A DNA stretch of 64,000 nt from Spirochaetota bacterium (GCA_965205605.1 CBDBHE010000006.1:96001-160000), one strand, 5' to 3'; positions 49,733 through 59,885 are shown, counted from the stretch's first letter. Program-made: numbers and translations. The notes: generated by a model not told the origin, from the sequence alone.

Positions 49733-51106
49733 TCATTTTTTTTTTTTGATCTTTATCACCATCAACCTGCCTGGGTAAAGAGAATTAGGATTTTTCATCT
49801 CGTTCCATCGCATAAGATCAAGTAAACTAACTTTGAATTTTTTGGCTATTTTATAAAGAGTGTCTTTTTTGTCAATAAGGTGGAAAAAAATATAGTCTTC
49901 ATTATTGATTTTTTTGATGCGTTGTGCTTGTAGAGGGTTAGTTTTTATTTTTTTAGTGGTTTCTTTTCTTTGTTTATCAGATTTATTAGCATTTTTTAAC
50001 CCTCTAATAGGGATAATAATATACGATCCTGCTGTAATGCGATGAATGGATCGAAATTTATTGAGTTGAGCGATTGGGTTAATAGGGACATTATATCGTT
50101 TTGCAATCGTTGATAGAGAATCTCCAACATTCACAAAAGCTCTTCTAAAAGTAATTCTGTTTCCGGGAAGAATTTTTTTAAAGTTTTCTAAAAAAATAGC
50201 TTCTTTCTCTTCTGGAATATAAACTTTGAATTTCACCTCTGGGGGGGTAAACCAATGTTTTAAAGCAGGGTTATATTTTTTAATAAGAGAGTAAGGAATC
50301 TTTGCACAATCAGCGATTAATTTTAAATCAGTTGCATCTTCTATAATGACTTTTTTAAAACTAATGGGATTTTTTGGAATATTAATATTGATATTATATT
50401 GCCTTGGATTTTTTGCAATGAGAGTTGCTGCAATAAATCTAGGAACATATTCTTTAGTTTCTTTTTTTAAATAACTATACTTTATTAGTTCCCAAAAATT
50501 TTTTGTTTTATAGCGTTTGATGGCTCTAGAAATTTTCCCCGATCCTGCATTATAAGCTGCTAAAACTAAAAGCCAATTATCAAATTGTTTGTAAAGATAT
50601 TTTAAATGGTAAGCAGCAGCTACGGTTGAAAGAAAAATATCACTTCTATCATCATACCAATAATTTCCTTTTAATTTATAAATTTTACCTGTTTGATACA
50701 TAAATTGCCAAATTCCTCTCGCTCCTGCGCTAGATACGGCTTGAGGACGAAAACTACTTTCAATGATCGGAAGATAAATTAAATCTTTAGGGATTCCTTT
50801 TTCTTTAAAAATTTGTCTAATAATAGGAATATAAACAGCGCCTCTTTCAATAGAAACAGCAATGGCTTTTTTTCTTTTATTTTGGTATCGATTTAATTGT
50901 TTAATCACACTTGGATGCTTATAATCAGAGATACTAAATCCTTTAAGTGAAACTTTGTCTAATTTGTTTAAATCAACAGTATCTGTTCCATAATTAGCAA
51001 TTTGAGCAACATTTCTTCCTTCTAGTCCATAGCGCAAATATTGAAAACTTCGACAATTAATAAAAAAGATAAAAGTAAGCATTACTAATAGAAAAGCAAG
51101 TTTCAT
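49733..51106 (-). CDS. mltD: MltD-type lytic transglycosylase with two LysM domains, probable lipoprotein
   Basis: LPIIESSF, GIWQFM, AAYNAG and ET.EYVPRF; LysM repeats GDSLSTIAKRY and DTLYKIAKKF; lipobox-like FFINC. Confidence 0.85.
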   Translation of the reverse strand: MKLAFLLVMLTFIFFINCRSFQYLRYGLEGRNVAQIANYGTDTVDLNKLDKVSLKGFSISDYKHPSVIKQLNRYQNKRKKAIAVSIERGAVYIPIIRQIFKEKGIPKDLIYLPIIESSFRPQAVSSAGARGIWQFMYQTGKIYKLKGNYWYDDRSDIFLSTVAAAYHLKYLYKQFDNWLLVLAAYNAGSGKISRAIKRYKTKNFWELIKYSYLKKETKEYVPRFIAATLIAKNPRQYNININIPKNPISFKKVIIEDATDLKLIADCAKIPYSLIKKYNPALKHWFTPPEVKFKVYIPEEKEAIFLENFKKILPGNRITFRRAFVNVGDSLSTIAKRYNVPINPIAQLNKFRSIHRITAGSYIIIPIRGLKNANKSDKQRKETTKKIKTNPLQAQRIKKINNEDYIFFHLIDKKDTLYKIAKKFKVSLLDLMRWNEMKNPNSLYPGRLMVIKIKKKK

Positions 51107-51135
51107 TTTTTAATGCTCATAAATTAATAACTAAG

Positions 51136-52053
51136 TTAGTAGACAGGAGTTAGCCAACTGAAAGTATCTTCTTTGGTTCCTTTGATGATTTCAAAAAAGT
51201 GATTTTGGATTTCTTTGGTCACGGTTCCGATTTTTTTCTTATTAATAATAAGATGATCGACTTTAAAAACAGGAGTGATTTCAGCAGCGGTCCCTGTAAT
51301 AAAAATTTCATCTGCGATGTAAAGCTCTTCTTTTAAGACAGGTCTTTCTTCAATTGGTATTTTTTTTAATGTAGCTATTTTAATAATTGCATCTCTTGTA
51401 ATCCCAGGAAGGATTGATTGATTAATCGATGGAGTAATGATTTTTTTTTTACTGACAATAAAAATATTTTCACCAGAACATTCTGCTACAAACCCCTGTG
51501 AATTAAGAGCAACCCCTTCATCATATCCATCATCCATAGCTTCAAGTTTAATTAGTTGTGAATTAAGATAACCACCAGTGGATTTAATTAAACTAGGAAT
51601 CGCATTAGAGTGTACTCGTTGCCAAGAAGAAATTTTTATAGAAACCCCTTCTTGTGAGCTGTCTTTTTCAAAATACTTTTTCCAATCCCAAGTAGCTATC
51701 ATCATAGAAATAGGGCATTCTAAAGGATTAATCGATAAATCTTTATAGCCTCGATAAACTAAAGGTCGAATATAAGCAGATTTGATTTTATTAACTTTGG
51801 TAGTTTCAATAATGATTTTTTTAATTTGATTAGAAGAATATTTAGGGAGCATTCGATAAATATTACAAGTTTGCAGTAGTCGTTCAATATGTTCGTCTAA
51901 ACGAAAAATAACGCTTTGATTTTTTTTTTTTTTGTAAAGTCTAATCCCTTCAAAAGCCCCACTGCCGTAATGAATCACATGAGAAAGAATATGAATTTTA
52001 GCATCTTTCCAAGCAATAAAGTTACCATCTAACCATATTTTTTGACCATTCAT
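51136..52053 (-). CDS. ilvE: Branched-chain amino acid aminotransferase
   Basis: HYGSGAFEGIR, YIRPL, ECSGENIF, LPGITR and TGTAAEITPV. Confidence 0.94.
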   Translation of the reverse strand: MNGQKIWLDGNFIAWKDAKIHILSHVIHYGSGAFEGIRLYKKKKNQSVIFRLDEHIERLLQTCNIYRMLPKYSSNQIKKIIIETTKVNKIKSAYIRPLVYRGYKDLSINPLECPISMMIATWDWKKYFEKDSSQEGVSIKISSWQRVHSNAIPSLIKSTGGYLNSQLIKLEAMDDGYDEGVALNSQGFVAECSGENIFIVSKKKIITPSINQSILPGITRDAIIKIATLKKIPIEERPVLKEELYIADEIFITGTAAEITPVFKVDHLIINKKKIGTVTKEIQNHFFEIIKGTKEDTFSWLTPVY

Positions 52054-52164
52054 TTTTAAAATCTAACCAACGTTATTTTAGGCACAATTTTACAATTAAC
52101 CATTTTTTTTTACAAACTTAGCAATAAAAATAGTAAACTCTTATTTAATAAAATAAGAGTTTAC

Positions 52165-54153
52165 ATGCACTTCTATATTAACAAAGAACTATCTCCCAAA
52201 GGAGATCAAAGAAAAGTAATTGATTCTATTTCCAAGGGGGTTAAGAAAGATCTAGATTTTCAAACGATTGTTGGTGCAACGGGTACTGGGAAAACATATG
52301 TGATGGCAAAAATTATTGAAGCAACCAATAAACCAGCTTTAATTTTAGCTCATAATAAAACATTGGCTGCTCAATTATTTCGAGAGTTTAAATATTTTTT
52401 TCCTCAAAATCATGTAGAATATTTTGTTTCTTATTATGACTATTATCAACCAGAAGCTTATGTAGCTAAAAGAGATTTGTATATTGAAAAAGATGCTTCG
52501 ATTAATGAGGAAATTGATCGAATGCGTCTTAGAGCGACGGCATCTTTAATTGAAAAAAGAGATGTGGTTATTGTAAGTTCGGTTTCTTGTATTTATGGTT
52601 TAGGTTCGCCAGATCATTATAAAAATATGTATGTTTCTCTTCAGGTAGGTTCGCTTATGAATCGAAAAACCATTATGGAAAGGCTTGTTAACATTCAATA
52701 TCAAAGAAATGACAATGTTTTTTCACGTGGGACTTTTAGAGTGAGAGGGGATGTACTTGACATTCATTTAGCGTATCGAGATATGGGGGTAAGAGTTGAG
52801 CTTTTTGGAGATGAAATCGAACGCATTACACTAATTGATGTTTTAAGCAACCAAGCCATCGAATCAAAAAAATTCTTTATGATTTTTCCAGCTAAGCATT
52901 TTGTTATGCCAGAAGAAAAAATGGGAAAAGCTTTAGATGAAATTACTAAAGAATTAGAAGAGCAGGCTCGCTATTTTCAAGGTCAAAATAAAATTTTAGA
53001 AAAAGAACGTTTAGAAAGTCGGACAAAATATGATCTTGAACTTATGAGAACAGTTGGTCATTGCCCTGGTGTTGAAAATTATTCTAGGCATCTTTCGGGA
53101 AGAAAGGAAGGAGAAGCTCCAGATACTTTGTTGGATTATTTTTTAGATGATTTTATTACTTTTATTGATGAAAGTCATGTCACACTTCCACAGCTTAGAG
53201 GGATGTTTAATGGTGATAGAAAAAGAAAAGAATCTTTAGTTAATTATGGGTTTAGGCTGCCTTCTGCTTTAGATAATAGACCTCTTTATTTAGAAGAGTT
53301 TATACAAAAAAAAACAGGATCGATTGTTTTTGTTTCAGCAACACCCCAAGAATACGAAAAGAAAATGTCTGTTAATACAGCTTCTTTAATTAATCGCCCA
53401 ACAGGGCTTTTAGATCCTGTGATTACAATTAAACCTTCTGAAGGGCAAATTGATGATCTTTTTATGGAAATTAAACAAGCCATTAGTCAAAATAATCGTG
53501 TTTTAATTACAACGTTAACTAAAAAAATGGCAGAAGATTTGACCCTTTTTTTAAAAGAACATCAAATTAAAGTGAATTATTTACATTCAGATATAGAGAC
53601 GATTGAAAGAGTTGAAATTATTAAAAGTTTAAGGGAAGGAAGCATTGATGTTTTAGTGGGAATTAATCTTTTAAGAGAAGGACTCGATCTTCCAGAAGTA
53701 AGTGTGGTGGCTATTTTAGATGCAGATAAGATTGGGTTTTTGCGTTCGAAAACTTCTTTGATTCAAACTATTGGAAGAGCAGCAAGGAATATAGATGGAA
53801 AAGCAATTATGTATGCAGATAAGATTTCAGATGCAATGAAAGAGTGTATTGAAGAAACAAAGAAAAGAAGAGAAATCCAAATGGAGTTTAATCAAAAAAA
53901 TAACATTACTCCTAAAAGTATTACCAAGAAAATTTCTGATATTTTAGTCCGTGAAAATAAAAAAGAAACAGAAAATGATTTGGAAAAAAGAAATGGCCAA
54001 ATTAGTCTTAAAGTAAAAAATAAAAAAGAAGCTCAAGCTTTATTAAAAAAGCTTGATTTTGATATGAGACTGGCAGGAGATCATTTAGATTTTGAAAAAG
54101 CCATTGAGCTAAGAGAAGCCATTAAAAAGCTTAAACTAAAAATGTCTCTTTGA
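52165..54153 (+). CDS. uvrB: Excinuclease ABC subunit B
   Basis: GATGTGKT, HNKTLAAQL, YYDYYQPEAY, DESH, GINLLREGLD and a C-terminal UVR domain. Confidence 0.97.
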   Translation: MHFYINKELSPKGDQRKVIDSISKGVKKDLDFQTIVGATGTGKTYVMAKIIEATNKPALILAHNKTLAAQLFREFKYFFPQNHVEYFVSYYDYYQPEAYVAKRDLYIEKDASINEEIDRMRLRATASLIEKRDVVIVSSVSCIYGLGSPDHYKNMYVSLQVGSLMNRKTIMERLVNIQYQRNDNVFSRGTFRVRGDVLDIHLAYRDMGVRVELFGDEIERITLIDVLSNQAIESKKFFMIFPAKHFVMPEEKMGKALDEITKELEEQARYFQGQNKILEKERLESRTKYDLELMRTVGHCPGVENYSRHLSGRKEGEAPDTLLDYFLDDFITFIDESHVTLPQLRGMFNGDRKRKESLVNYGFRLPSALDNRPLYLEEFIQKKTGSIVFVSATPQEYEKKMSVNTASLINRPTGLLDPVITIKPSEGQIDDLFMEIKQAISQNNRVLITTLTKKMAEDLTLFLKEHQIKVNYLHSDIETIERVEIIKSLREGSIDVLVGINLLREGLDLPEVSVVAILDADKIGFLRSKTSLIQTIGRAARNIDGKAIMYADKISDAMKECIEETKKRREIQMEFNQKNNITPKSITKKISDILVRENKKETENDLEKRNGQISLKVKNKKEAQALLKKLDFDMRLAGDHLDFEKAIELREAIKKLKLKMSL

Positions 54154-54174
54154 AAAAGAGAAGGGTAAAATTTT

Positions 54175-55014
54175 TTAGTATTTTAAAGGATATTGGTGTT
54201 CTTTAGCGATTTTCTTAAGCTTTGAAATAATATTTTTTTTATTATTAGTGCTCCAATCATATTTAATATTGGTATCAAGACCGATAAATTTTTTGACTTG
54301 TTTTGGACCATGTTTTTGGACAAAATCAAGAACCCCGTTGTAAGGTTTATTTCTAAAGTCAGCACTAAACCAAGAAAAAAGCTGAGTAGCACTTATTTTT
54401 TTAGCTCCTTTAAGAAAAGTTTTGTTTTCAATTCTTATGTTTAAAGGACTTTTTAAGGCATTTTGAGCAAGAGCATTCATTTGTTTATTATAGCTTGCAG
54501 CTTTTATCAGCTCTTTACTAATAGAAGGACACCCTACAGAGGCACAATTGATAGCAAAATGAATACGGGGGTCTTTTAAAGGACGAATAATTTTGTGTTC
54601 TATTTGATCTAAGCTATATTTTTTTCCATTAACTTTGAATTTTTTCTTTTTCCAACCAATTTTTTTCATACTTTTTACGGGGTAATTTTTATCCATATCA
54701 ACTAAAGTAAAAAAATTATATGCATTAATCCAAAAAGCAAGTGCTTGGATTCTCTTCTTTGGAGGGGAAATTGATTTAAGCTTTAATGTTTGATGTTTTA
54801 ATAATTCTTGGATTTCTTTGTTTTGATTCATCAATTTGTAATCTACAGCATTTTGTTCAAAAGTCCCAAAAAGACTTTCGAATTTTAAAGGGATAACAAC
54901 TTGTTTTAATATAAGAGCATAATTTTCCCATACTTCTTGCCCAAAACCTTTTTTTTGAGGAATAAAAATTAAACAAGTAAAAAAAGATAAAGAAAATAAA
55001 ATTCGTTTTAACAC
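54175..55014 (-). CDS. DUF547 domain exported protein
   Basis: Signal peptide; LAFWINAYN, SLDQIEH..IR, DPRIHFAINCASVGCP, F.WF..DF and YDW. Confidence 0.88.
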   Translation of the reverse strand: MLKRILFSLSFFTCLIFIPQKKGFGQEVWENYALILKQVVIPLKFESLFGTFEQNAVDYKLMNQNKEIQELLKHQTLKLKSISPPKKRIQALAFWINAYNFFTLVDMDKNYPVKSMKKIGWKKKKFKVNGKKYSLDQIEHKIIRPLKDPRIHFAINCASVGCPSISKELIKAASYNKQMNALAQNALKSPLNIRIENKTFLKGAKKISATQLFSWFSADFRNKPYNGVLDFVQKHGPKQVKKFIGLDTNIKYDWSTNNKKNIISKLKKIAKEHQYPLKY

Positions 55015-55055
55015 TTTTTAAATGATATTCTTTTTTTTTAATTTTTTCAATCAAT

Positions 55056-56045
55056 TTATTTTAATTTTTTTAAAGTTAGGTTGGAAATAAAAGTAGCTTT
55101 AATTTGATCCATACAATTTTTTTTACAATAGCGATTGTAACAAGAAGAACAATTTTTTGCTTTAACGATTTGATAATGTTGCCCAATAGGACCAACACGT
55201 GATTCTAGAGTAGGGCCAAAAAGTACGAGAAGTTTTTTTTGTAAAGCACAAGCTAGATGAGCTGGAAAACTATCACAAGAAATAATTAAGTCTGATTGTT
55301 GCATTAAAGCAGAGAATTGTTCTAAAGTCAGCTTGCCAACTAAATTGATGCATTGATTGTTTTTGATGTTGTTTAAAATTGTTTTGGTTGCCTGTAGATC
55401 TTTTGAAGCTCCTGAGATGACGACAGTCACTTTTTTGTGAACTAAAGAAATAAAATGCTTGATTTGTACGAGACTCCAGTTTTTTGAAGGCCATTGGGTA
55501 AAAGGAGCTAAAAGAATAACTTTTTTTTTTGAGGTTGTTTTTATGAGTTGTTTGACCTCTTTTAAAGAGGCTAAATCATGGAAATATTCCATATTGATTT
55601 CTTTAGAAGCAATGCCTACTTTCATAATGAGCCTTTTCATCTCTTCGATGGCATGGAGATGTTTATTACGATAATGTGGGGTAAAAAAATAATGAGTTTT
55701 CCCTATTTTAATTTTTGATTTAGAAAAATAAAGAAAAAGAAGGCTCCTTAAAAGCCCTTGTAAATCAATGGCTAGATCAAAATAATCGGCTCTTACTTTT
55801 TTGAGAATAGAAAAAAAATGACGTAAGACTTTAAAAGGGTGAGAGGGAAAATTTTTTTTGGCATAAAACAGATCAATTAAAATAAATTCATCAATTAGAG
55901 GATTATTTTTTAAGATAGGAAAGCTATTTTTATCGGTTAAAAAAGTAATGATCGCTTTAGGGTATTGATTTTTAATCAGTCTTAAAGGCACAGTGGAATG
56001 TAAAACATCACCAAGAGAACTTTGCTTAATAATAAGAATTTTCAT
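55056..56045 (-). CDS. Glycosyltransferase family 9 (LPS heptosyltransferase-like)
   Basis: SSLGDV, DLQGLLRS, K.W and DSFPAHLA...LFGPT. Confidence 0.9.
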   Translation of the reverse strand: MKILIIKQSSLGDVLHSTVPLRLIKNQYPKAIITFLTDKNSFPILKNNPLIDEFILIDLFYAKKNFPSHPFKVLRHFFSILKKVRADYFDLAIDLQGLLRSLLFLYFSKSKIKIGKTHYFFTPHYRNKHLHAIEEMKRLIMKVGIASKEINMEYFHDLASLKEVKQLIKTTSKKKVILLAPFTQWPSKNWSLVQIKHFISLVHKKVTVVISGASKDLQATKTILNNIKNNQCINLVGKLTLEQFSALMQQSDLIISCDSFPAHLACALQKKLLVLFGPTLESRVGPIGQHYQIVKAKNCSSCYNRYCKKNCMDQIKATFISNLTLKKLK

Positions 56046-56047
56046 TT

Positions 56048-56707
56048 TTAAATCATTTTTTTCAAATAAATGATGACTTGTTTTATTAGCTTTTCTTTTG
56101 ATTGATTTGCATTTAAGACTTGAATATGGCGAGCATCTTTTTGACGCAAAAACTCAATAGACTTTAAATATCTTTTAGAAATTTCTTTTAAAGAAGCTAG
56201 ATTATCAAAGACTTCTTTTGGGTGGCTTCTTTGTTTGATTCTTTTATAGGCTTGTTCAGGATTAATTTTCAAAAAAAAAGTGACATTAGGAATGTGGGTG
56301 CCTTTTTTAGAAAAATAACGATGCTTTTTATAAATTTTTTCAAAAAAATCTTCTTGTAGCCCTTGATAAGCATATGTCGATAAGTCATACCTAGAGCATA
56401 AAACAATGCCGTTTCTTTTAAGGAACGTTTTTATAAAAAGAGAATGTCGAATGCGATCATTGATATAGTCGTTAATTCTTTTCTTTTTTTGATTTTTTTT
56501 AAGAGGTTTTGAATTTAAAAAGTGAATTAGTTTTTTACCAGAGTTTGTTTGGAAGGTAGGTTCTCGAGTTTTAAGGATTTCTTGATATTTGCTGATTAAA
56601 AGAGGAAGTTTTTCAGAGAAAAAAAGAGGAAAGAGTTCATTAATTAAGGTGTCTTTTCCACAAGCGTCAATTCCTTCAAAAACAATTAAGAATCCTTTTT
56701 GTTTCAT
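56048..56707 (-). CDS. tmk: Thymidylate kinase
   Basis: FEGIDACGKDT P-loop, TREP, DR..H and RY..STYAYQG. Confidence 0.9.
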   Translation of the reverse strand: MKQKGFLIVFEGIDACGKDTLINELFPLFFSEKLPLLISKYQEILKTREPTFQTNSGKKLIHFLNSKPLKKNQKKKRINDYINDRIRHSLFIKTFLKRNGIVLCSRYDLSTYAYQGLQEDFFEKIYKKHRYFSKKGTHIPNVTFFLKINPEQAYKRIKQRSHPKEVFDNLASLKEISKRYLKSIEFLRQKDARHIQVLNANQSKEKLIKQVIIYLKKMI

Positions 56708-56728
56708 TTTTTAATAAAAAAAATCTTT

Positions 56729-57880
56729 TTATTTTTTTATTGAAAAAAAAGAAGTGATTTCATTAATAAGACTTTTGTTTTTTTCTTCATTAAATTTTGA
56801 AGTATTGTCATAAACCCAAAGATGACCAAAGAGATCTTGTTTCAAAATATTTTGAATTGCTTCTTTTTTTTCTTGATTATTTCCTGAAAGTAAGATACGT
56901 TTTTTAGCCACACTTTGTTTTAAGTGATCTCGTTTTTCAAGTCGTTTCAATTGTTGTTGTTCATCAATAGTAATTAGTAAAACTTGATTGTGAGTGATGT
57001 GCAACAACTTGTATTCACCAATCATAGCAGCATTGATAAAGATAAGCCCTTTTTTATTTTTGAGAGCTTTTCTTAGCCTTGTCATTAACGCTTGTCTTAA
57101 TGTTTTTTGAAGAAAACAAAGAGCTTCTTTTGATTGATTTGTTTCAAAAACAGTTTTTCTAAGAGAAGAAAGATCAATGCCTTTACTAGAAGAGTCAATG
57201 ACTTGCTTACCAAAATATTCTTTTATTTTTTGAGTAATGGATGGATATTCGCCTTTTTGAGTCGCTTGATAGATATTTTTGACTTCTAAGTCCATATCGA
57301 TTTCGTGAGATTCGATAGATTCTTTTTTTAATAAATTGATCATTTGTTTACAAATAAATGATTTTCCACTAGCGATTGTTCCAGTGACAGCGATTAAAAA
57401 TTGCTGCTTTAGCTTTTGTTGTAAAGCTTTACTGACAACTAAAGGGACATAATCTTTAATGTTTCCATTATCAATAGCGATTGCTTTTGCCATTGAAGAA
57501 GTTATTTGAGAATATTTTTCATCAGCGAGAAGGTAAATCGTTTCTAAATTTTTCCACTGAGATTCATTAGCTTTTAAAAGTTTTTGTTCATAATCTAAAT
57601 CATTGGGATTTCTAATCCCTCTAAATTGAATCGCAATCCCTTTTTTATAAGCAAAATCAACAAGTAGTTCATCGGATGTTTCGATGGTAATTTTATCAAA
57701 ATGTTTGAGGCTTTTTTTTACTAAACTTAATCTTTCGTCTTCTGAAAAAAGATACTGTTTTTCTGGGTTACTAAAAATCACAACCCAAAGTTTTTCAGTT
57801 AAAAAACTAGCTCTTTTAATTAAATTAAGATGCCCCAAAGTAATTGGGTCTGCTGAAAATCCATAAATACCTTGCTTCAT
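56729..57880 (-). CDS. coaD: Bifunctional phosphopantetheine adenylyltransferase / dephospho-CoA kinase (CoaD-CoaE fusion)
   Basis: N-half has DPITLGH, NPEKQYLFS..ER, RGIR...D..YE and ITSS..K. C-half has IAVTGTIASGKS, D.D, LR..VF and RL..RD. Confidence 0.85.
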   Translation of the reverse strand: MKQGIYGFSADPITLGHLNLIKRASFLTEKLWVVIFSNPEKQYLFSEDERLSLVKKSLKHFDKITIETSDELLVDFAYKKGIAIQFRGIRNPNDLDYEQKLLKANESQWKNLETIYLLADEKYSQITSSMAKAIAIDNGNIKDYVPLVVSKALQQKLKQQFLIAVTGTIASGKSFICKQMINLLKKESIESHEIDMDLEVKNIYQATQKGEYPSITQKIKEYFGKQVIDSSSKGIDLSSLRKTVFETNQSKEALCFLQKTLRQALMTRLRKALKNKKGLIFINAAMIGEYKLLHITHNQVLLITIDEQQQLKRLEKRDHLKQSVAKKRILLSGNNQEKKEAIQNILKQDLFGHLWVYDNTSKFNEEKNKSLINEITSFFSIKK

Positions 57881-57885
57881 TTTAT

Positions 57886-58893
57886 CTAAGGGTAATAAAC
57901 AATAACCCCACCTCCTTGTTTTTTGGCATTATCAAGTGCGATATTAGCTCTTGTACACATTTCTTTATATTCAAATGTATTTTTGTTATAATTAATAGAA
58001 GAAGATGTTCCTATTGAAATTTTTACTTCAATTTTGATTTCTTCTTTAAAAAAAAATAGTTTTTCCTCAATTTTTTTTTTGAAACGAGCCACTGTAATAG
58101 TAATATTTTTAGGATCGGTTCTTTTATAAAAAACCCAAAAGATTTTATTCTTATTATCAAAAGAAGCAACATCGTTAACTCTAATTAATTTTTTTACTAT
58201 ATTGACTAATTGAAGAACAATAAAATTTTCGCCTTCTTTTTGATGCTTGTCTTGAATGTCTTTTAGGTTATCAATACTAAAATAAATAAGAGAACAATTA
58301 TCCTTATATCTAAAGGCTTCTTCTAAGTAGATTTTAGCAGTGATATGAAAATTGTTTTGAGTAGGAAGCTGAGTAAATGTATCAAAGAGGTTAGTTGCTT
58401 GAATATGTTGGTTTAAGATTTCAATTTCTTCTTTTTTTTTAGTGACACTTTCTTTTGTTTGTTCAAATTCTTTTCTAAGATTTTTGTATTTTTCTTTACT
58501 TTCGATAGCAATTTTTTTAATCACTCTCATGTACTGCATATTTTTTATAGTCAGGTAAATCTCTATTTCTAAAAAATAAGAAGTCACTAAAAAATGACTT
58601 ATTTCTAAATCATCAATTATTTTAATATCCTTTAGTGAATAATGTTCAGGTAGAGCAAGAATAATAAAAATATCTTCTTTTAATGCTTTTATGGATTCTA
58701 GCGCATAGCCTTCTTTTATCAATAAAAAATATTCAATGATCGCAAAAGATGGTTTTTCTTTTTTTAAAACTTCTGTAACATTCTTAAAAATAGTCGTAAT
58801 AATATCCTTGGTAAATTTTTTTTCTAGAAAATATTTTAAACCTTTAAATCTAATATTTAATGGATCAATATAAAGAATGATGTCTTTTTTCAT
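57886..58893 (-). CDS. Degenerate GGDEF-domain protein with a receiver-like N-terminus and coiled coil
   Basis: DTFTQLP, SLIYFSIDNLK.I.D, ISIG and RA..AL..AK..G scaffold; GG(D/E)EF is absent but RVND is retained. Confidence 0.75.
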   Translation of the reverse strand: MKKDIILYIDPLNIRFKGLKYFLEKKFTKDIITTIFKNVTEVLKKEKPSFAIIEYFLLIKEGYALESIKALKEDIFIILALPEHYSLKDIKIIDDLEISHFLVTSYFLEIEIYLTIKNMQYMRVIKKIAIESKEKYKNLRKEFEQTKESVTKKKEEIEILNQHIQATNLFDTFTQLPTQNNFHITAKIYLEEAFRYKDNCSLIYFSIDNLKDIQDKHQKEGENFIVLQLVNIVKKLIRVNDVASFDNKNKIFWVFYKRTDPKNITITVARFKKKIEEKLFFFKEEIKIEVKISIGTSSSINYNKNTFEYKEMCTRANIALDNAKKQGGGVIVYYP

Positions 58894-59840
58894 TGAAATA
58901 AGAGTAAGTCGTCTCCAAATTGGTTAAAAAAGAAGGTTTGTTTTTGATCTTTTATTAAGAGATCACTGATTAGAATGTCATTGGATTTTTCTTTTAATGA
59001 AATGGTTAAAAGATAGGGGACAAATAATTCGATTTTTTTTGTGTTTATTTGGTTTAAAAGAGTTTCTTTTAAATTTTTTGGGTTAGTTAAAATAGAGAGA
59101 GTTAATTGAAATGATTCATTTTTTAGAAGCTTGGTTTTTAAGCTAGCTTGATTTTCTGATGTAAGAGAGGTTTTCACTTGTTTAAAGTAAGCTTTTGTGT
59201 TGTTGTAAAGCGTTTTGTTTTCTTCATTAATCGAGCCAAAAGAGACTGTTTTTATGAGGGTTGTTTTTAAATAATCTTTATAAAATTCAATCTTAAACTG
59301 AACCCAAGAAGGGTTTTTTAAATAAAAAGATTTTTCATGGGTATTTGAGTCAATAAAGGCAACCTCTAAAGTAATATTAATCGGTTTGACTCCTTTTGAA
59401 ATAAGATAATAGGCGAGCTCTGCTAAGAGTTCATCTTTTGAAAGGTTTTCATTGAGTAAAGAATACGCGTAAATAAGAGTGGCTTCGGCGATTTGATAGT
59501 TTTTTTTGAGAGTGTTTATTTGAGATTCTTTTAAAGGCAGACAAGTAGGGTGGGGGTAGAGTTTTAACTTTTCTTTAAAGAGTATTTTTATTTTTTCATA
59601 AAACTCAAAAGGAATCTGATTTTCAAAAAAAATCTCAGTAATTTTGTTGACATTGATCTTATGGTGGATTTCTTCCTCTAATAAAATTTCAACTTTATCA
59701 AGGGAGATTTTTTTTTTACAACAAGGGGTAATCAGATACAAAAGACCTTGATGTTTAATGATCCAGCTATTGGGTATATGTTTATTGATTAAAAGAGCGA
59801 CAAGGGAAGGAGATTGAATAATAAAAGGTTCAGGAATCAC
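58890..59840 (-). CDS. Hypothetical protein, probably a degenerate M24 (Xaa-Pro aminopeptidase) fold
   Basis: Helix pattern QI..LKK..QIAE..L....ELLAELAYYL..KG and Y......KTV.FG...E.K.LY; downstream of aroQ as in aroQ-peptidase-efp operons. Confidence 0.55.
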   Translation of the reverse strand: MIPEPFIIQSPSLVALLINKHIPNSWIIKHQGLLYLITPCCKKKISLDKVEILLEEEIHHKINVNKITEIFFENQIPFEFYEKIKILFKEKLKLYPHPTCLPLKESQINTLKKNYQIAEATLIYAYSLLNENLSKDELLAELAYYLISKGVKPINITLEVAFIDSNTHEKSFYLKNPSWVQFKIEFYKDYLKTTLIKTVSFGSINEENKTLYNNTKAYFKQVKTSLTSENQASLKTKLLKNESFQLTLSILTNPKNLKETLLNQINTKKIELFVPYLLTISLKEKSNDILISDLLIKDQKQTFFFNQFGDDLLLFQ

Positions 59841-59885
59841 AGAGGGGTACTTTGATTAAAGGATTTTTTTTAAAATACTTTGAAT

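Noticed and set aside
35464-51933. Long poly-T/A runs in coding regions (e.g. near 35464-35477 and 51920-51933) as phase-variation or slippage sites
   Set aside because: Reading frames are intact (poly-Lys), and such runs are expected at this base composition
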